Below, one piece after another: positions 15,430-27,315 of a DNA stretch of 64,000 nucleotides (its first letter is position 1; each line of letters opens with the position of its first letter). Source of the stretch: Candidatus Omnitrophota bacterium (GTDB lineage Bacteria; Omnitrophota; Gorgyraeia; Zapsychrales; Fredricksoniimonadaceae); the NCBI GenBank assembly GCA_028865345.1, contig JAGWKL010000007.1, positions 6,089 to 70,088 of the forward strand, in the 5' to 3' direction. Below the pieces are notes generated by a model that made no database searches, was not told the origin of the DNA, and worked only from the letters and a program-made list of their open reading frames with translations. A program made the translations under genes and the position numbers.

Positions 15430-17235
15430 TTACGAAGCAAAGCCCTTCTCCGCCGGAGATTGACCGTCAGGGTTAAAAACAATAGGAACCGTAAATTCAA
15501 GTTCTCGCTGGTCCATCCCCGGGCTAAAGGCGGCAAAAGGAGCGGCTGATTTAGCGGCCTGCATGGCGTCCTGATCCAGGACATTGCTTCCCGAAGACTG
15601 GGCCACGTCAATAGAATCCAGGGAGCCGTCTTTAAGGATATGCAGCTTCAATTTGACCGTGCCTCCCAGCTCGGCGCCGCCCACCGGCCGGGGATAAATG
15701 AGGGTCCTTGAAATCTTTTCCTGGACCATGCGTGCATACGCTGTCGCGGCCGGGAGCCCTTTCAAATTCTCAACGGGTAGGGGTGCCGGCGCTGAATAGG
15801 CCGCGGTGTATTGCGGCGCCAATGGAAAAGAAGGAGAATACGTCTCCGGATTTTCCGAGGGAGCGGTAGGAGCCGGCTTGGCCGGCCAATCGGAAACGAT
15901 GGGCGCGTGTTCATACCTCGAAACTATTTCATTCCAGGAACTGCGCTCCTCGGACGTCGGCATCACCAGTTCTTTTTGCGCGTATTTCGTTTGCGTCAGC
16001 ACCGTCGGCGTCAAAATAATGACCATTTCCGTATTGGCATCCGCGGGCTCGCTTTTGTTTCTGAAAAGCCCCCCTAAAAGCGGAATTTTAGATAAAAACG
16101 GCACATCGGTCTCATTCACGCTGTCTTCATATTTGATCAGCCCCGCCAGGGCAATGGTCTGCTTGTTGTCCATCAGCAGGTCCGTCGAAGCTGTCCGGGT
16201 GACAAAGGCCACGTTGCCCCCATTGCTGGATATGGGAGTGGCTGAATCCACGTCCCGGATGTCCACGTTTAACTGCACATCTATTTTTCCGTCTTGAATG
16301 GTCGGAGTGACCGACAGGTTGACGCCGTATTGGGCATAGGTCGTGTTATTGGTCAGGGTGCTGCCAGTGGTGCTCACTGTTGTGGATTGGATGGGGATCT
16401 CGCCGCCTACCAGGAAACTGGCAGGCTTGCCGCTTTCCACCACCAACCGCGGCTTGGAAATCAGCCTGGCCTTGCCTTCCTTGACCAAGGCATTCACCGT
16501 GGCTTCCAGCGACGTAGTGCGCATGAAGTGCCCTATCTTGAACAAATCCTTGAACTTGTCTCCCGTGGGAAGGGTTTCTCCATAGTTAAGGTTCACCTGC
16601 CCGCTGTTGCTTGTCCCGGTTGAGCCCGTTGTGCCCGAAGAAGAAGTCCCCCACGATATCCCCAATTCTCTTTCCAGGGTCACGTTGATCTCCACGATCT
16701 GCATGTCCACCTGGATCAATTCGTTGTTCTTTTCTTTCTCGACCAGATTCAACAAATTATCGCTATACGGCGTCAGGACGTCCGCCATCCGGTTTTTGTT
16801 GTCTTCAGACAAGGAGCCTGTGAGCACCACCTTGCCTATATCGAGATTTATATCTTCGGAAACCCCTTTGACGCCGGCTTCCTTCAGGAGCTCCTGCACA
16901 AGGGCCTTGAGGGCGTTGAGGTCCTGGGCGGCCACGCGAACCTTGACGCTGTGTTTGCCGCCCGCATCCCAGAAAAACAGGACCGTTGAGCCGGCTTTCT
17001 TGGCTATCAGGGAAACTTTATCGTTCTGAACGTCTGAAATGTCCGCCACCGAGGGGTCGGTCACCGAGACCCGGGTCAACCCGCTGGCAGGGACCGACTG
17101 GATGTCGCCCACCACCATGTCAATAACGTCTGCCGACTGCATATCATCGTCGGCAGATAACGGCGGCATATATGCCACTGATACCGCAAGGCCAAACGCG
17201 ACGATAAAAATTTTCCGTAAAAGGTTGGATTTCAT
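15430..17235 (-). CDS. cpaC: CpaC/RcpA-type secretin with C-terminal Pro-rich linker and TonB_C-like domain (601 aa)
   Basis: N-terminal pilus-formation domain. Secretin C-terminus (DVPFLSKIPLLGGLFRNK..TEMVIILTPTVL) ends near residue 415. Then PAKPAPTAPSENPETYSPSFPLAPQ linker and YARMVQEKISRTLIYPRPVGGAELGGTVKLKLHILKDGSLDSIDVAQSSGSNVLDQDAMQAAKSAAPFAAFSP resembling a TonB C-terminal domain. Confidence 0.7.
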   Translation of the reverse strand: MKSNLLRKIFIVAFGLAVSVAYMPPLSADDDMQSADVIDMVVGDIQSVPASGLTRVSVTDPSVADISDVQNDKVSLIAKKAGSTVLFFWDAGGKHSVKVRVAAQDLNALKALVQELLKEAGVKGVSEDINLDIGKVVLTGSLSEDNKNRMADVLTPYSDNLLNLVEKEKNNELIQVDMQIVEINVTLERELGISWGTSSSGTTGSTGTSNSGQVNLNYGETLPTGDKFKDLFKIGHFMRTTSLEATVNALVKEGKARLISKPRLVVESGKPASFLVGGEIPIQSTTVSTTGSTLTNNTTYAQYGVNLSVTPTIQDGKIDVQLNVDIRDVDSATPISSNGGNVAFVTRTASTDLLMDNKQTIALAGLIKYEDSVNETDVPFLSKIPLLGGLFRNKSEPADANTEMVIILTPTVLTQTKYAQKELVMPTSEERSSWNEIVSRYEHAPIVSDWPAKPAPTAPSENPETYSPSFPLAPQYTAAYSAPAPLPVENLKGLPAATAYARMVQEKISRTLIYPRPVGGAELGGTVKLKLHILKDGSLDSIDVAQSSGSNVLDQDAMQAAKSAAPFAAFSPGMDQRELEFTVPIVFNPDGQSPAEKGFAS

Positions 17236-17240
17236 TGAAA

Positions 17241-18089
17241 TTAAAGTTCCCTGCCGCCTCTAAAAATCTGGATCATGGGCTTGCTTTCTTCCGGCTTGGC
17301 TGTGGGCACTTCATCCGGGTTCTCAAGATCTAGCCCCTGGTTTTTCAGGACATAGTCCGCCAGGGTCTTCCATGTGTCTGCTTTGACCATTCGATGTTCC
17401 ATATCATCAGGTGAACGCAACGCCAGGTCCAGCTTGCCGTTTTTATCCGCAAATTCCAAAAGTCCTGCTTCCTGAGGACTCACCGCAAAAGTGATTTTCA
17501 GGGAATTGGCCGCCTGCTGCTTATCATAGTCGCCCAAGTCTTCCTCATTGGTATTAACGGCCAGGACCTGCAGGTCCTGGAAAACCATCGCCGTCACGGT
17601 TTGCTTATTGGCATATTGCGACGGGACGCTCATCTCGCCGATCACATCCACAAAATCCCCCGGATTGATCATGCCCCCCACGGCGGCGAGCGAATCGATC
17701 TTCACCGTCACGGCGCGCATGCCCACCGGCGTCCTTAAGGCCAGCGACGGCTTGTGGGCTTCTTTTTTGACACTCACCTGCGTCTGCGGCCGCATCTTAG
17801 ATATTTGCTGCTCGGAAATCTTCAGCGCGGCGATTTGTGTCTTTAATTGCTGTTCCTCCTGGCTTTTTTCCCGTTGCATTTCCTGCGCCAGTTGGGCCAT
17901 TTGCTGCTGGTCTTGCTGCTGGATCGCGGAGACCATTTCCTTTTCTTTGGAGGCGTACTGTTCAGCCAGGGCCTGGGTCTTGTTGTTAATCGCAGTTTGG
18001 ACGTAATTGCTGGCCAAAAACACCGCCACCAGCCCTAAGGCCAAAGCGCCGAGGATAATGAAAAGTTGCTTTTTGTTTTCGAAAGGCAA
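17241..18089 (-). CDS. cpaB: Flp pilus assembly protein CpaB/RcpC (282 aa)
   Basis: N-terminal TM (LFIILGALALGLVAVFLA), Gln-rich coiled-coil, SAF-like segment GMRAVTVKIDSLAAVGGMINPGDFVDVIG. Confidence 0.65.
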   Translation of the reverse strand: MPFENKKQLFIILGALALGLVAVFLASNYVQTAINNKTQALAEQYASKEKEMVSAIQQQDQQQMAQLAQEMQREKSQEEQQLKTQIAALKISEQQISKMRPQTQVSVKKEAHKPSLALRTPVGMRAVTVKIDSLAAVGGMINPGDFVDVIGEMSVPSQYANKQTVTAMVFQDLQVLAVNTNEEDLGDYDKQQAANSLKITFAVSPQEAGLLEFADKNGKLDLALRSPDDMEHRMVKADTWKTLADYVLKNQGLDLENPDEVPTAKPEESKPMIQIFRGGREL

Positions 18090-18116
18090 TTTTCCCTCTC
18101 TTTGTTCGGGTCTTAG

Positions 18117-19139
18117 TTACCGGCCCGTCTGGCTTGGCTGACCGACAACCTGGTCAATAAGCGTTTTGTTGTACTCGGGTTTATACTTTTCAGCCAGTTC
18201 GTTAAGGTGCTTTAACATCACCTCTTGTTGTTTTTGCTGGGTCAAGAAATAAATGATCTGGTCTTTATAATCGGTAAAAGGTTTCAGGACGCCTCCCGTC
18301 TTGGAATCGACCTTAACGATGTAATAGCCTTGCGGCCCCTTGAAAACGCCGCTGACATCCCCGGGGCCCAAATTGGCAATGGCTGTTTGCATGGCTTCAA
18401 AGGGCGCTTCTCCCGTGACGAACGGCTTTATTTTTCCCCCGACAGCCGCGTCGGACGCCTTGGATTGGGACCGGGCAAGCTGCGCAAAATCGCCGCCCTG
18501 CAGCACTTGAACCAAAATAGTTTTGGCCGTGGCTTCATCCGGGGCCACGATCTCACTGACATTCCATGTAACGGGCGTGGTCAAGTCAGATTTGTGGGCA
18601 TCATAATATGCCCTGGCATCGGATTCGGTGGCGGCCACATTCCTGGTCAGGCGGCTGACCACTTCCTGGACCATCAGCGTCCTGCGGAAATCCCTGACGG
18701 AATCCTTGATGGACTGGCTGTCACCGGCCCCGGAATCCTGCGCTTCCCGGACCAAAAGTTCCTGACGTACAAGCTGGTCCAAAACATAACTTCTGACCTT
18801 GGCATCGCTTTCCTTAAAACTTTGTTTCATGCCGGCAAGCTGCTGTTTTAAAAGGTCCAAGCGGTCATTGAATTCCTGCTGGGTCAATGTCCAATCGCCG
18901 ATGCGCACCAAAGCGTCGCCGGGTAAAGGTTCTTGGGCAACGGGCGTGCTCTTGGCAACAACTACAGGGGAAACCGGAGTGACGGGAGCGGCGGGAACGA
19001 CAGGAGCCTGTTGTTGGGAAGCTTCCTGCTTTTTACTGCCCAGCCCCAACAAATTCTGTATCTGGTCGCAACCGGTCAAAAAGACCAGCCCGGCTATCAA
19101 ACACAGAGGCCCGTACATTTTAATTGCGGGTCTTTTCAT
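18117..19139 (-). CDS. PpiC/parvulin-type peptidyl-prolyl isomerase lipoprotein (SurA/PrsA-like, 340 aa)
   Basis: Lipobox LVFLTGC. Parvulin-like GPQGYYIVKVDSK and an N-terminal chaperone-like region. First gene of the minus-strand block. Confidence 0.55.
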   Translation of the reverse strand: MKRPAIKMYGPLCLIAGLVFLTGCDQIQNLLGLGSKKQEASQQQAPVVPAAPVTPVSPVVVAKSTPVAQEPLPGDALVRIGDWTLTQQEFNDRLDLLKQQLAGMKQSFKESDAKVRSYVLDQLVRQELLVREAQDSGAGDSQSIKDSVRDFRRTLMVQEVVSRLTRNVAATESDARAYYDAHKSDLTTPVTWNVSEIVAPDEATAKTILVQVLQGGDFAQLARSQSKASDAAVGGKIKPFVTGEAPFEAMQTAIANLGPGDVSGVFKGPQGYYIVKVDSKTGGVLKPFTDYKDQIIYFLTQQKQQEVMLKHLNELAEKYKPEYNKTLIDQVVGQPSQTGR

Positions 19140-19262
19140 TCATTCCTCCTCAAATGTCCTTCAAGTATACCTGCTTTTTTTAAAAAAGCAAGGTCCCGGG
19201 CCTGATTCGCCCGTCGGATTTAAGATTTTTTTGTTGTAACCCATTCTCTCTCAATAAATAAA

Positions 19263-19291
19263 ATCATATATGAAGATTTTATGAGGGTCAA
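19263..19291 (-). promoter_or_regulatory. Candidate sigma70-like promoter for the Tad-like operon
   Basis: On the minus strand TTGACC -17 nt- TATGAT. It is ~115 nt upstream of the PPIase start, in a 227-nt AT-rich gap. Confidence 0.3.
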
Positions 19292-19366
19292 CGAAAAATC
19301 GAAATATTTCGCCTTCCTGGATCCGGAGGCAGATCCACCGGTCCCTCGGCAGGCGGACTATCATCT

Positions 19367-20371
19367 TTACGATAGAATAAGCTCAGATACGGCCCTTTTT
19401 TCCGCCAAAAGCTCCTCCAGGGTTGCTTTGATCTTAGCAAGGGCAAATTCATTATGTTGAATGCCCTGAACTACGGAACATTGGCCGCCGTCTGAACGCA
19501 AAGGAAGCCCGAACATGAGTCCGGGTTCGACGCCATAGCTGCCGTCCGAAGGGACCGCGGCTGAAAAAAACTCTCCTGCCGGTGTCGGGGTGATGATGGA
19601 ACGCACGGTGTCGATGACCGCATTGGCCGCAGATGCCGCAGATGAAAGGCCGCGGGCCTTGATGACGGCGGCCCCCCGTTTCTGCACGCCTTCAATGAAG
19701 GAGCCCTTAAGCCATGCTTCGTCCTTGATTACGTCGACGGACGGACGGCCGTCGACGGTCGCATGATAAAAGTCCGGGTACTGGGTGGCCGAATGGTTGC
19801 CCCAAATGGCCACGTTCCTTACCCGCCCGACGGGAACCCCGGCTTTTTGGGCCAGCTGGGCTGCCGCCCGGTGGGCGTCGAGCATAGTCATGGCAAAAAA
19901 ATTCTTTGCAGGGATGTTCTTACAAACGCTCTTGGCTATATAGGCGTTGGTATTGCAGGGATTGCCGACGACCAGGACTTTGGCGGTGGGCTTGGCGCTT
20001 TCAGACAACGCCTTGCCCTGCACCGTAAAAACGCCCCCGTTGATTTTCAGCAGATCGCCGCGTTCCATCCCCTCTTTGCGCGGCACGCTGCCGACAAGCA
20101 GGGCCCAATCGACATCTTTAAAAGCGGCCTTCGCATCCGCGGACACGGAGACTGAACGCAACAAAGGAAACGCGCAATCCTCCAGTTCCATGATGACGCC
20201 GTTGAGCGCCGGCAAAGCTTTTTCCAGTTCCAATAGTTTCAAGTCGATTTCCGTATCACTGCCGAACATTTCTCCGGCGGCAATACGAAATAAAAGCGCA
20301 TAACCGATCTGCCCCGCCGCTCCTGTCACGGCAACTTTAATGCGTTTAGACATATTCACCCCTTTTTCCAT
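19367..20371 (-). CDS. mdh: Malate dehydrogenase (NAD-dependent)
   Basis: [22 protein letters not shown] Rossmann motif, IWGNHS, MDH-type active-site region. True start may be MSKRIK at 20353. Confidence 0.8.
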   Translation of the reverse strand: MEKGVNMSKRIKVAVTGAAGQIGYALLFRIAAGEMFGSDTEIDLKLLELEKALPALNGVIMELEDCAFPLLRSVSVSADAKAAFKDVDWALLVGSVPRKEGMERGDLLKINGGVFTVQGKALSESAKPTAKVLVVGNPCNTNAYIAKSVCKNIPAKNFFAMTMLDAHRAAAQLAQKAGVPVGRVRNVAIWGNHSATQYPDFYHATVDGRPSVDVIKDEAWLKGSFIEGVQKRGAAVIKARGLSSAASAANAVIDTVRSIITPTPAGEFFSAAVPSDGSYGVEPGLMFGLPLRSDGGQCSVVQGIQHNEFALAKIKATLEELLAEKRAVSELILS

Positions 20372-20403
20372 TTGGCCGGATTGACAGGCACTCGAAAGAC
20401 GGT

Positions 20404-21198
20404 TTATTTTATAATTCCCGGCAAAGACTGCCTTGCTTTTTTGACTTCCCGAAGATCAATCTGCCCAAAAACAATTTCCTGGCCCTTCGGCGAGCCGCAG
20501 GCCGTGACCTCGCCCCACGGCGAGACGATCATGCTGTGGCCATGCGCCTCTATGCCGCGGCCGTCTGTACCGACCTGGGCGGGCGCCAGCACATAGGCCA
20601 AATTTTCAATGGCCCGGGCGCGCAGCAGGGTTTCCCAGTGGGCCTGGCCGGTTTTTTTGGTAAAACACGACGGCACTGTTAAAACCTCGACCCCTCGGCG
20701 GGCATACCGTTGATAGAGACCGGGAAAGCGTACATCGTAACAGATCGAGAGCCCGGCCCTGAATTCCCCTATTTTGACCGTCGTGATTTTGTTCCCCGGA
20801 AGGAAACTGCCCGCCTCCCGGATTATTTTATCACCGAGACGGGCATCGAATAAATGGATTTTGCGGTATTTGGCGGAAATGCTCCCGCCGGAGTCAATAA
20901 CGACTGAAGTGTTGTAGGCGTATCCGGCGCCTGCTTTCTCTATAATAGAACCCAACAAAAGACAGGCTTTATATTTTTGAGCTAAAGGAAAGAAGGCCCT
21001 GACCGAAGGGCCGGGCACCGGCTCGGCGGCTTCTTGAAGGATCTGTTTGTTATCGGCCCCGGCGCGGAAATTAAAAACTTCCGGCAAAAGAACAAACCGG
21101 GCGCCTTGGGCAAGCGCCTCTTGAACCATGCCTGTGGCGCGTTTAAGATTGTCCGCTTTGTCTTGGGCCGAGCAAAACTGTATGAGAGCTACCTTCAA
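20404..21198 (-). CDS. Carbon-nitrogen hydrolase family protein
   Basis: MKVALIQF..EVF, catalytic-triad-like E/K/C context (CYD) of the nitrilase superfamily. Confidence 0.6.
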   Translation of the reverse strand: MKVALIQFCSAQDKADNLKRATGMVQEALAQGARFVLLPEVFNFRAGADNKQILQEAAEPVPGPSVRAFFPLAQKYKACLLLGSIIEKAGAGYAYNTSVVIDSGGSISAKYRKIHLFDARLGDKIIREAGSFLPGNKITTVKIGEFRAGLSICYDVRFPGLYQRYARRGVEVLTVPSCFTKKTGQAHWETLLRARAIENLAYVLAPAQVGTDGRGIEAHGHSMIVSPWGEVTACGSPKGQEIVFGQIDLREVKKARQSLPGIIK

Positions 21199-21232
21199 GA
21201 TTCCCTGTTTTTTGGTTATCGCGAGGTTTATT

Positions 21233-21904
21233 TTAATGCGTCGCAGGAGCCTGCGCCCCGGCTTTTAGGGACGCTTTCAGCATTTCACCATATTCTTTAT
21301 AGCAACTTGTATAGAAAGACCGCTTCTTGAGCCCTGCACGCCAGGCCGTTAATTTAGGATAAGCGCTGAGATCAATTCGGGCCATCTCCGCAGGCTCCAG
21401 CAGGGCCATGAGGACAATGTCGGCCAGCGATATCTCATCGGCGACAATATATTCGTGCCGGGCCAATTGGTTCTCAATGACAGGAAAATATTGCTTCAAA
21501 AATTCCAGACCGTCGGTGATGGCTTTGTCATTGACGGGGAGGCCCCTCAAAGGCGCAAACAGGCGGTTAAAAACCACCGGGATGAAATTGGCGCCGATGT
21601 GCAGGGTGGCATAATCGATCCATTGGTCGACGAGAGCGCGCGCCTTTGTGTCTTTGGGATAAAGGGATGAGCCGTGTTTGTCGCAAAGGTACTTGCAGAT
21701 GGCATTGCTTTCAAATAAATAAAAGCCGTCATCGTCCATGGCGGGGACCTTGCCTACGGGATTGATCTTCAAAAACCATTCACTTTTTTGCTCGCGTTCC
21801 CGCAAATTGAGGTGCCGCCACGTATAATCCAATCCCAAAAAGCTTGCCGTTAAACGGGCCTTGATGGCCGGGCCTGACAGGTCTGAGCCGTAGATGGTGA
21901 GCAT
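21233..21904 (-). CDS. Glutathione S-transferase family protein
   Basis: N-terminal thioredoxin-like GST fold (SGPAIKARL..PVGKVPAM..ESNAI) plus C-terminal helical domain. Confidence 0.6.
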   Translation of the reverse strand: MLTIYGSDLSGPAIKARLTASFLGLDYTWRHLNLREREQKSEWFLKINPVGKVPAMDDDGFYLFESNAICKYLCDKHGSSLYPKDTKARALVDQWIDYATLHIGANFIPVVFNRLFAPLRGLPVNDKAITDGLEFLKQYFPVIENQLARHEYIVADEISLADIVLMALLEPAEMARIDLSAYPKLTAWRAGLKKRSFYTSCYKEYGEMLKASLKAGAQAPATH

Positions 21905-21975
21905 ATTCCCTCCTTAGATAGCGGCGCCGCGAAAGCTGCCGGCGGGCAGGCAGACACCGCCTTCCTTGAATTGAG

Positions 21976-22053
21976 TGGCGACCCCAACGGGATTTGAACC
22001 CGTGCTGCGAGCTTGAAAAGCTCGTGTCCTGACCAGGCTAGACGATGGGGTCG
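21976..22053 (-). tRNA. tRNA-Glu: tRNA-Glu (anticodon TTC), CCA encoded
   Basis: Cloverleaf folded by hand: acceptor CGACCCC/GGGGTCG, anticodon loop TTTTCAA, T-loop TTCAAAT. Confidence 0.75.
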
Positions 22054-22121
22054 ATAAAGTTGCCCGACTGGAGTGGTTATTATATTGCCCCGGCTTTTTT
22101 CGTCAAGTGAAAACGAGGGCC

Positions 22122-24578
22122 TCATTCCTCTTCATGGACGACCACATGGGCAATGGAAGAAACCTTGTCCCCCGCATCCAGGGATATCAGGCGCACCCCC
22201 ACCGCGCTGCGGCCGGTCTCGCGGATCTCGGAGGGGGACGATCGCACGACCATTCCCTGCTTTGTAACGGCCATGATCTCGTCGGCATCGGAAACCGCCA
22301 TCACGCCCACAACCGGGCCGTTCTTGTCCGTGAGCTTGACGTTGATGATCCCCTTGCCTGCGCGGGACTGGGTGCGGTACTCCGCAAAGTCCGAACGCTT
22401 GGCATAGCCCAGTTCACAGACAGTCAATAGTTTGGCCCCGGTCTTGTCGATGTCCGGCACAAAGACCAGCATGCCGACGACAAAATCGCCCTTTTCCAGG
22501 CTGATGCCGCGAACGCCCTTGGCCGCCCGGCCCATGTCGCGCAATTGCTTCTCGGGGAACCGCAAAGACCCCCCTTCCCGCGTGGCCAGAAAAACATCTT
22601 CCTTGCCGTTGCTTAACCCGACCCCGATGAGCTCATCGCCTTTTTCCAGGCCGATCCCGACGATGCCGCCTTTGCGCGGATTATTGTACGCCGAGATCTT
22701 GGTTTTCTTGACCAGGCCCTGTCTGGTGGCAAACACCAAAAACTGGTCTTCCCTGAATTCCTTGACCGCCACAATGGCGCTGATCTTCTCCTCCGGCTTG
22801 AAGGAAAGCAGGTTTACGATGGCCTTGCCGCGGGCCGCGCGGGACGCCACCGGAATTTCATAAACTTTGAGCCAGCGCACGGTGCCGGCATTGGAAAAGA
22901 TCAGTAAGAAATCCTTGGAAGAAGCCACGAACATCCGTTCCACAAAATCCTCTTCCGAGGTGGTCATGGCCGTGACCCCTTTGCCTCCGCGCTTCTGGGA
23001 ACGGTAGGCATCGACGGACAGGCGCTTGACATACCCTTTGTTGCTGATGGTGATGGCCATGTCTTCGTCGGCGATCATGTCTTCTATTTCGATGTCCTCC
23101 GCCTTGGCCGCGATCTCCGTGCGCCTCTCGTCGGCATACTTCTTCTTGACCTCGCCTAATTCTTCCTTGATGATGCCGTCCACCCGTTTTTCGGAAGCCA
23201 AAATGGCACGGTAATTGTCAATGTCTTTCAAAAGCTGCTGGTATTCCGCCTCTATCTTGTCGCGCTCCAGGGCGGCCAGGCGCTGCAATTGCATTTCCAA
23301 AATGGCCTGGGCCTGGGGACCGGAGAGATCGAACTTCCTGACCAGGGCTTCCTTGGCGTCGGCGGTCGTCTTGGAGGCGCGGATGGTCTTGATGATCTCA
23401 TCTAGATGCTTGAAGGCGATCCTCAAGCCCTCCAGGATATGCGCCCGACGCAGGGCCTTGTCCAGGTCGAACTGCGTCCGCCGGCGGATAACGGCGCGGC
23501 GATGGGAAATATAGTGGCCCATCAGCTGTTTTAAATTCAATACATGCGGGGACTTGTTGACCAAGGCCAGGTTGATGATGCCGAAAGTGACCTCCATCTG
23601 GGTGTGCTTAAAAAGATAGTTCAGGACGATGTTGGCGTCCGCGTCCCGCCGCAGTTCTATGACGACCCGGATGCCGTCCTTGTCGCTTTCGTCGCGGATG
23701 TCCGTAATGCCGTCGATCTGCTTGTTCTGCACCAAGTCCGCCATGGTCGAGATCAAATTGGCTTTGTTGACCTGGTACGGGACCTCGGTAATGATGATGG
23801 CCTCCCTGTTGCCTTTTTGCTGTTCGATGCTGGCGCGGGCGCGCAGTGTCACCTTGCCGCGGCCGGTATTATAGGCATCGATAAACCCTTCCCTGCCGCA
23901 GATGATCCCTCCCGTGGGAAAATCAGGGCCCTTGACGAATTTTGTCAGCTCTTTGACCGAAGCTTCGGGATTGTCCAGCAAATGCACGATGGCCTCCACA
24001 ACTTCCCCCAGGTTGTGGGGAGCCATATTGGTGGCCATGCCCACGGCGATGCCCGAAGAGCCATTGACCAGCAAATTGGGGATCAAGCCAGGGAGGATGT
24101 CCGGTTCTTCCAGGGAGCCGTCAAAATTGGGACTGAAGTCCACGGTCTGTTTTTCAATGTCATTGAGCATCTCCTCGGCGACGCTGTCCATGCGCGCCTC
24201 GGTGTAGCGCATGGCCGCGGCCGCGTCCCCGTCAATGGACCCGAAATTGCCCTGCCCGTCGATCAAGGGATAGCGCAAAGAGAAATCCTGGACCATGCGC
24301 ACCATGGTGTCGTAAACCGCCGTGTCCCCGTGCGGATGGTATTTGCCCAGCACTTCTCCGACGATACGGGCGCTTTTCTTATAAGGCTTGTTGTGCTCAA
24401 GGCTCAACTCCTTCATCGCATAAAGGATGCGCCGGTGCACGGGCTTGAGACCGTCGCGCACGTCAGGAAGGGCGCGCCCGACGATAACGGACATGGAATA
24501 CGAGAGGTAGGAATTCTTCATCTCCTCTTCTATATAAACCGGGAGGACTCTTTCTTTTTTGTTCAAATCGCGTGACAT
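22122..24578 (-). CDS. gyrA: DNA gyrase subunit A
   Basis: AMRYTEARM active-site region, QRRGGKG, C-terminal beta-pinwheel repeats; 818 aa. Confidence 0.95.
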   Translation of the reverse strand: MSRDLNKKERVLPVYIEEEMKNSYLSYSMSVIVGRALPDVRDGLKPVHRRILYAMKELSLEHNKPYKKSARIVGEVLGKYHPHGDTAVYDTMVRMVQDFSLRYPLIDGQGNFGSIDGDAAAAMRYTEARMDSVAEEMLNDIEKQTVDFSPNFDGSLEEPDILPGLIPNLLVNGSSGIAVGMATNMAPHNLGEVVEAIVHLLDNPEASVKELTKFVKGPDFPTGGIICGREGFIDAYNTGRGKVTLRARASIEQQKGNREAIIITEVPYQVNKANLISTMADLVQNKQIDGITDIRDESDKDGIRVVIELRRDADANIVLNYLFKHTQMEVTFGIINLALVNKSPHVLNLKQLMGHYISHRRAVIRRRTQFDLDKALRRAHILEGLRIAFKHLDEIIKTIRASKTTADAKEALVRKFDLSGPQAQAILEMQLQRLAALERDKIEAEYQQLLKDIDNYRAILASEKRVDGIIKEELGEVKKKYADERRTEIAAKAEDIEIEDMIADEDMAITISNKGYVKRLSVDAYRSQKRGGKGVTAMTTSEEDFVERMFVASSKDFLLIFSNAGTVRWLKVYEIPVASRAARGKAIVNLLSFKPEEKISAIVAVKEFREDQFLVFATRQGLVKKTKISAYNNPRKGGIVGIGLEKGDELIGVGLSNGKEDVFLATREGGSLRFPEKQLRDMGRAAKGVRGISLEKGDFVVGMLVFVPDIDKTGAKLLTVCELGYAKRSDFAEYRTQSRAGKGIINVKLTDKNGPVVGVMAVSDADEIMAVTKQGMVVRSSPSEIRETGRSAVGVRLISLDAGDKVSSIAHVVVHEEE

Positions 24579-24593
24579 GAAGCGGCCTTTCTA

Positions 24594-27044
<2,451 letters not shown>

Positions 27045-27311
27045 CTATCTGTTTTCCACTTTAAAATTGATCTTCACGATCGACGGAAACTCCTTTTGAA
27101 GCGCCTGTAATAACTTCTCCCTGTTTAAATTAAGCCTGATCAGGCACAGAGAATTTTGGGCGCTCACCGTCAGACATCCGTCCTTGAATCCCGTTGCCTT
27201 GCTGTACTTGTCTCCTGATATTCTTTCCCAACCGCCCGCGATGTCCCCCAAAAGCAAAGGCCTTGACATTTGTTCCATGACACGCCGAACAATATCTTTC
27301 ATCGGATCCAT
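27045..27311 (-). CDS. DUF721 domain protein (DciA-like?)
   Basis: 88-aa protein between gyrB and dnaN, the classic DUF721 position. Weak sequence basis. Confidence 0.4.
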   Translation of the reverse strand: MDPMKDIVRRVMEQMSRPLLLGDIAGGWERISGDKYSKATGFKDGCLTVSAQNSLCLIRLNLNREKLLQALQKEFPSIVKINFKVENR

Positions 27312-27315
27312 GGGT

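Noticed and set aside
23544-24575. 343-aa plus-strand ORF antisense to gyrA, plus many similar long antisense ORFs (e.g. 49142..50515 opposite rny, 36404..37027 opposite coaC, 13837..14526 opposite cpaE-cpaF)
   Set aside because: They lie entirely within strongly supported genes on the other strand. Their composition is low-complexity (Arg/Gly/Ala-rich) with no recognisable motifs. They are typical shadow ORFs of GC-rich coding DNA.
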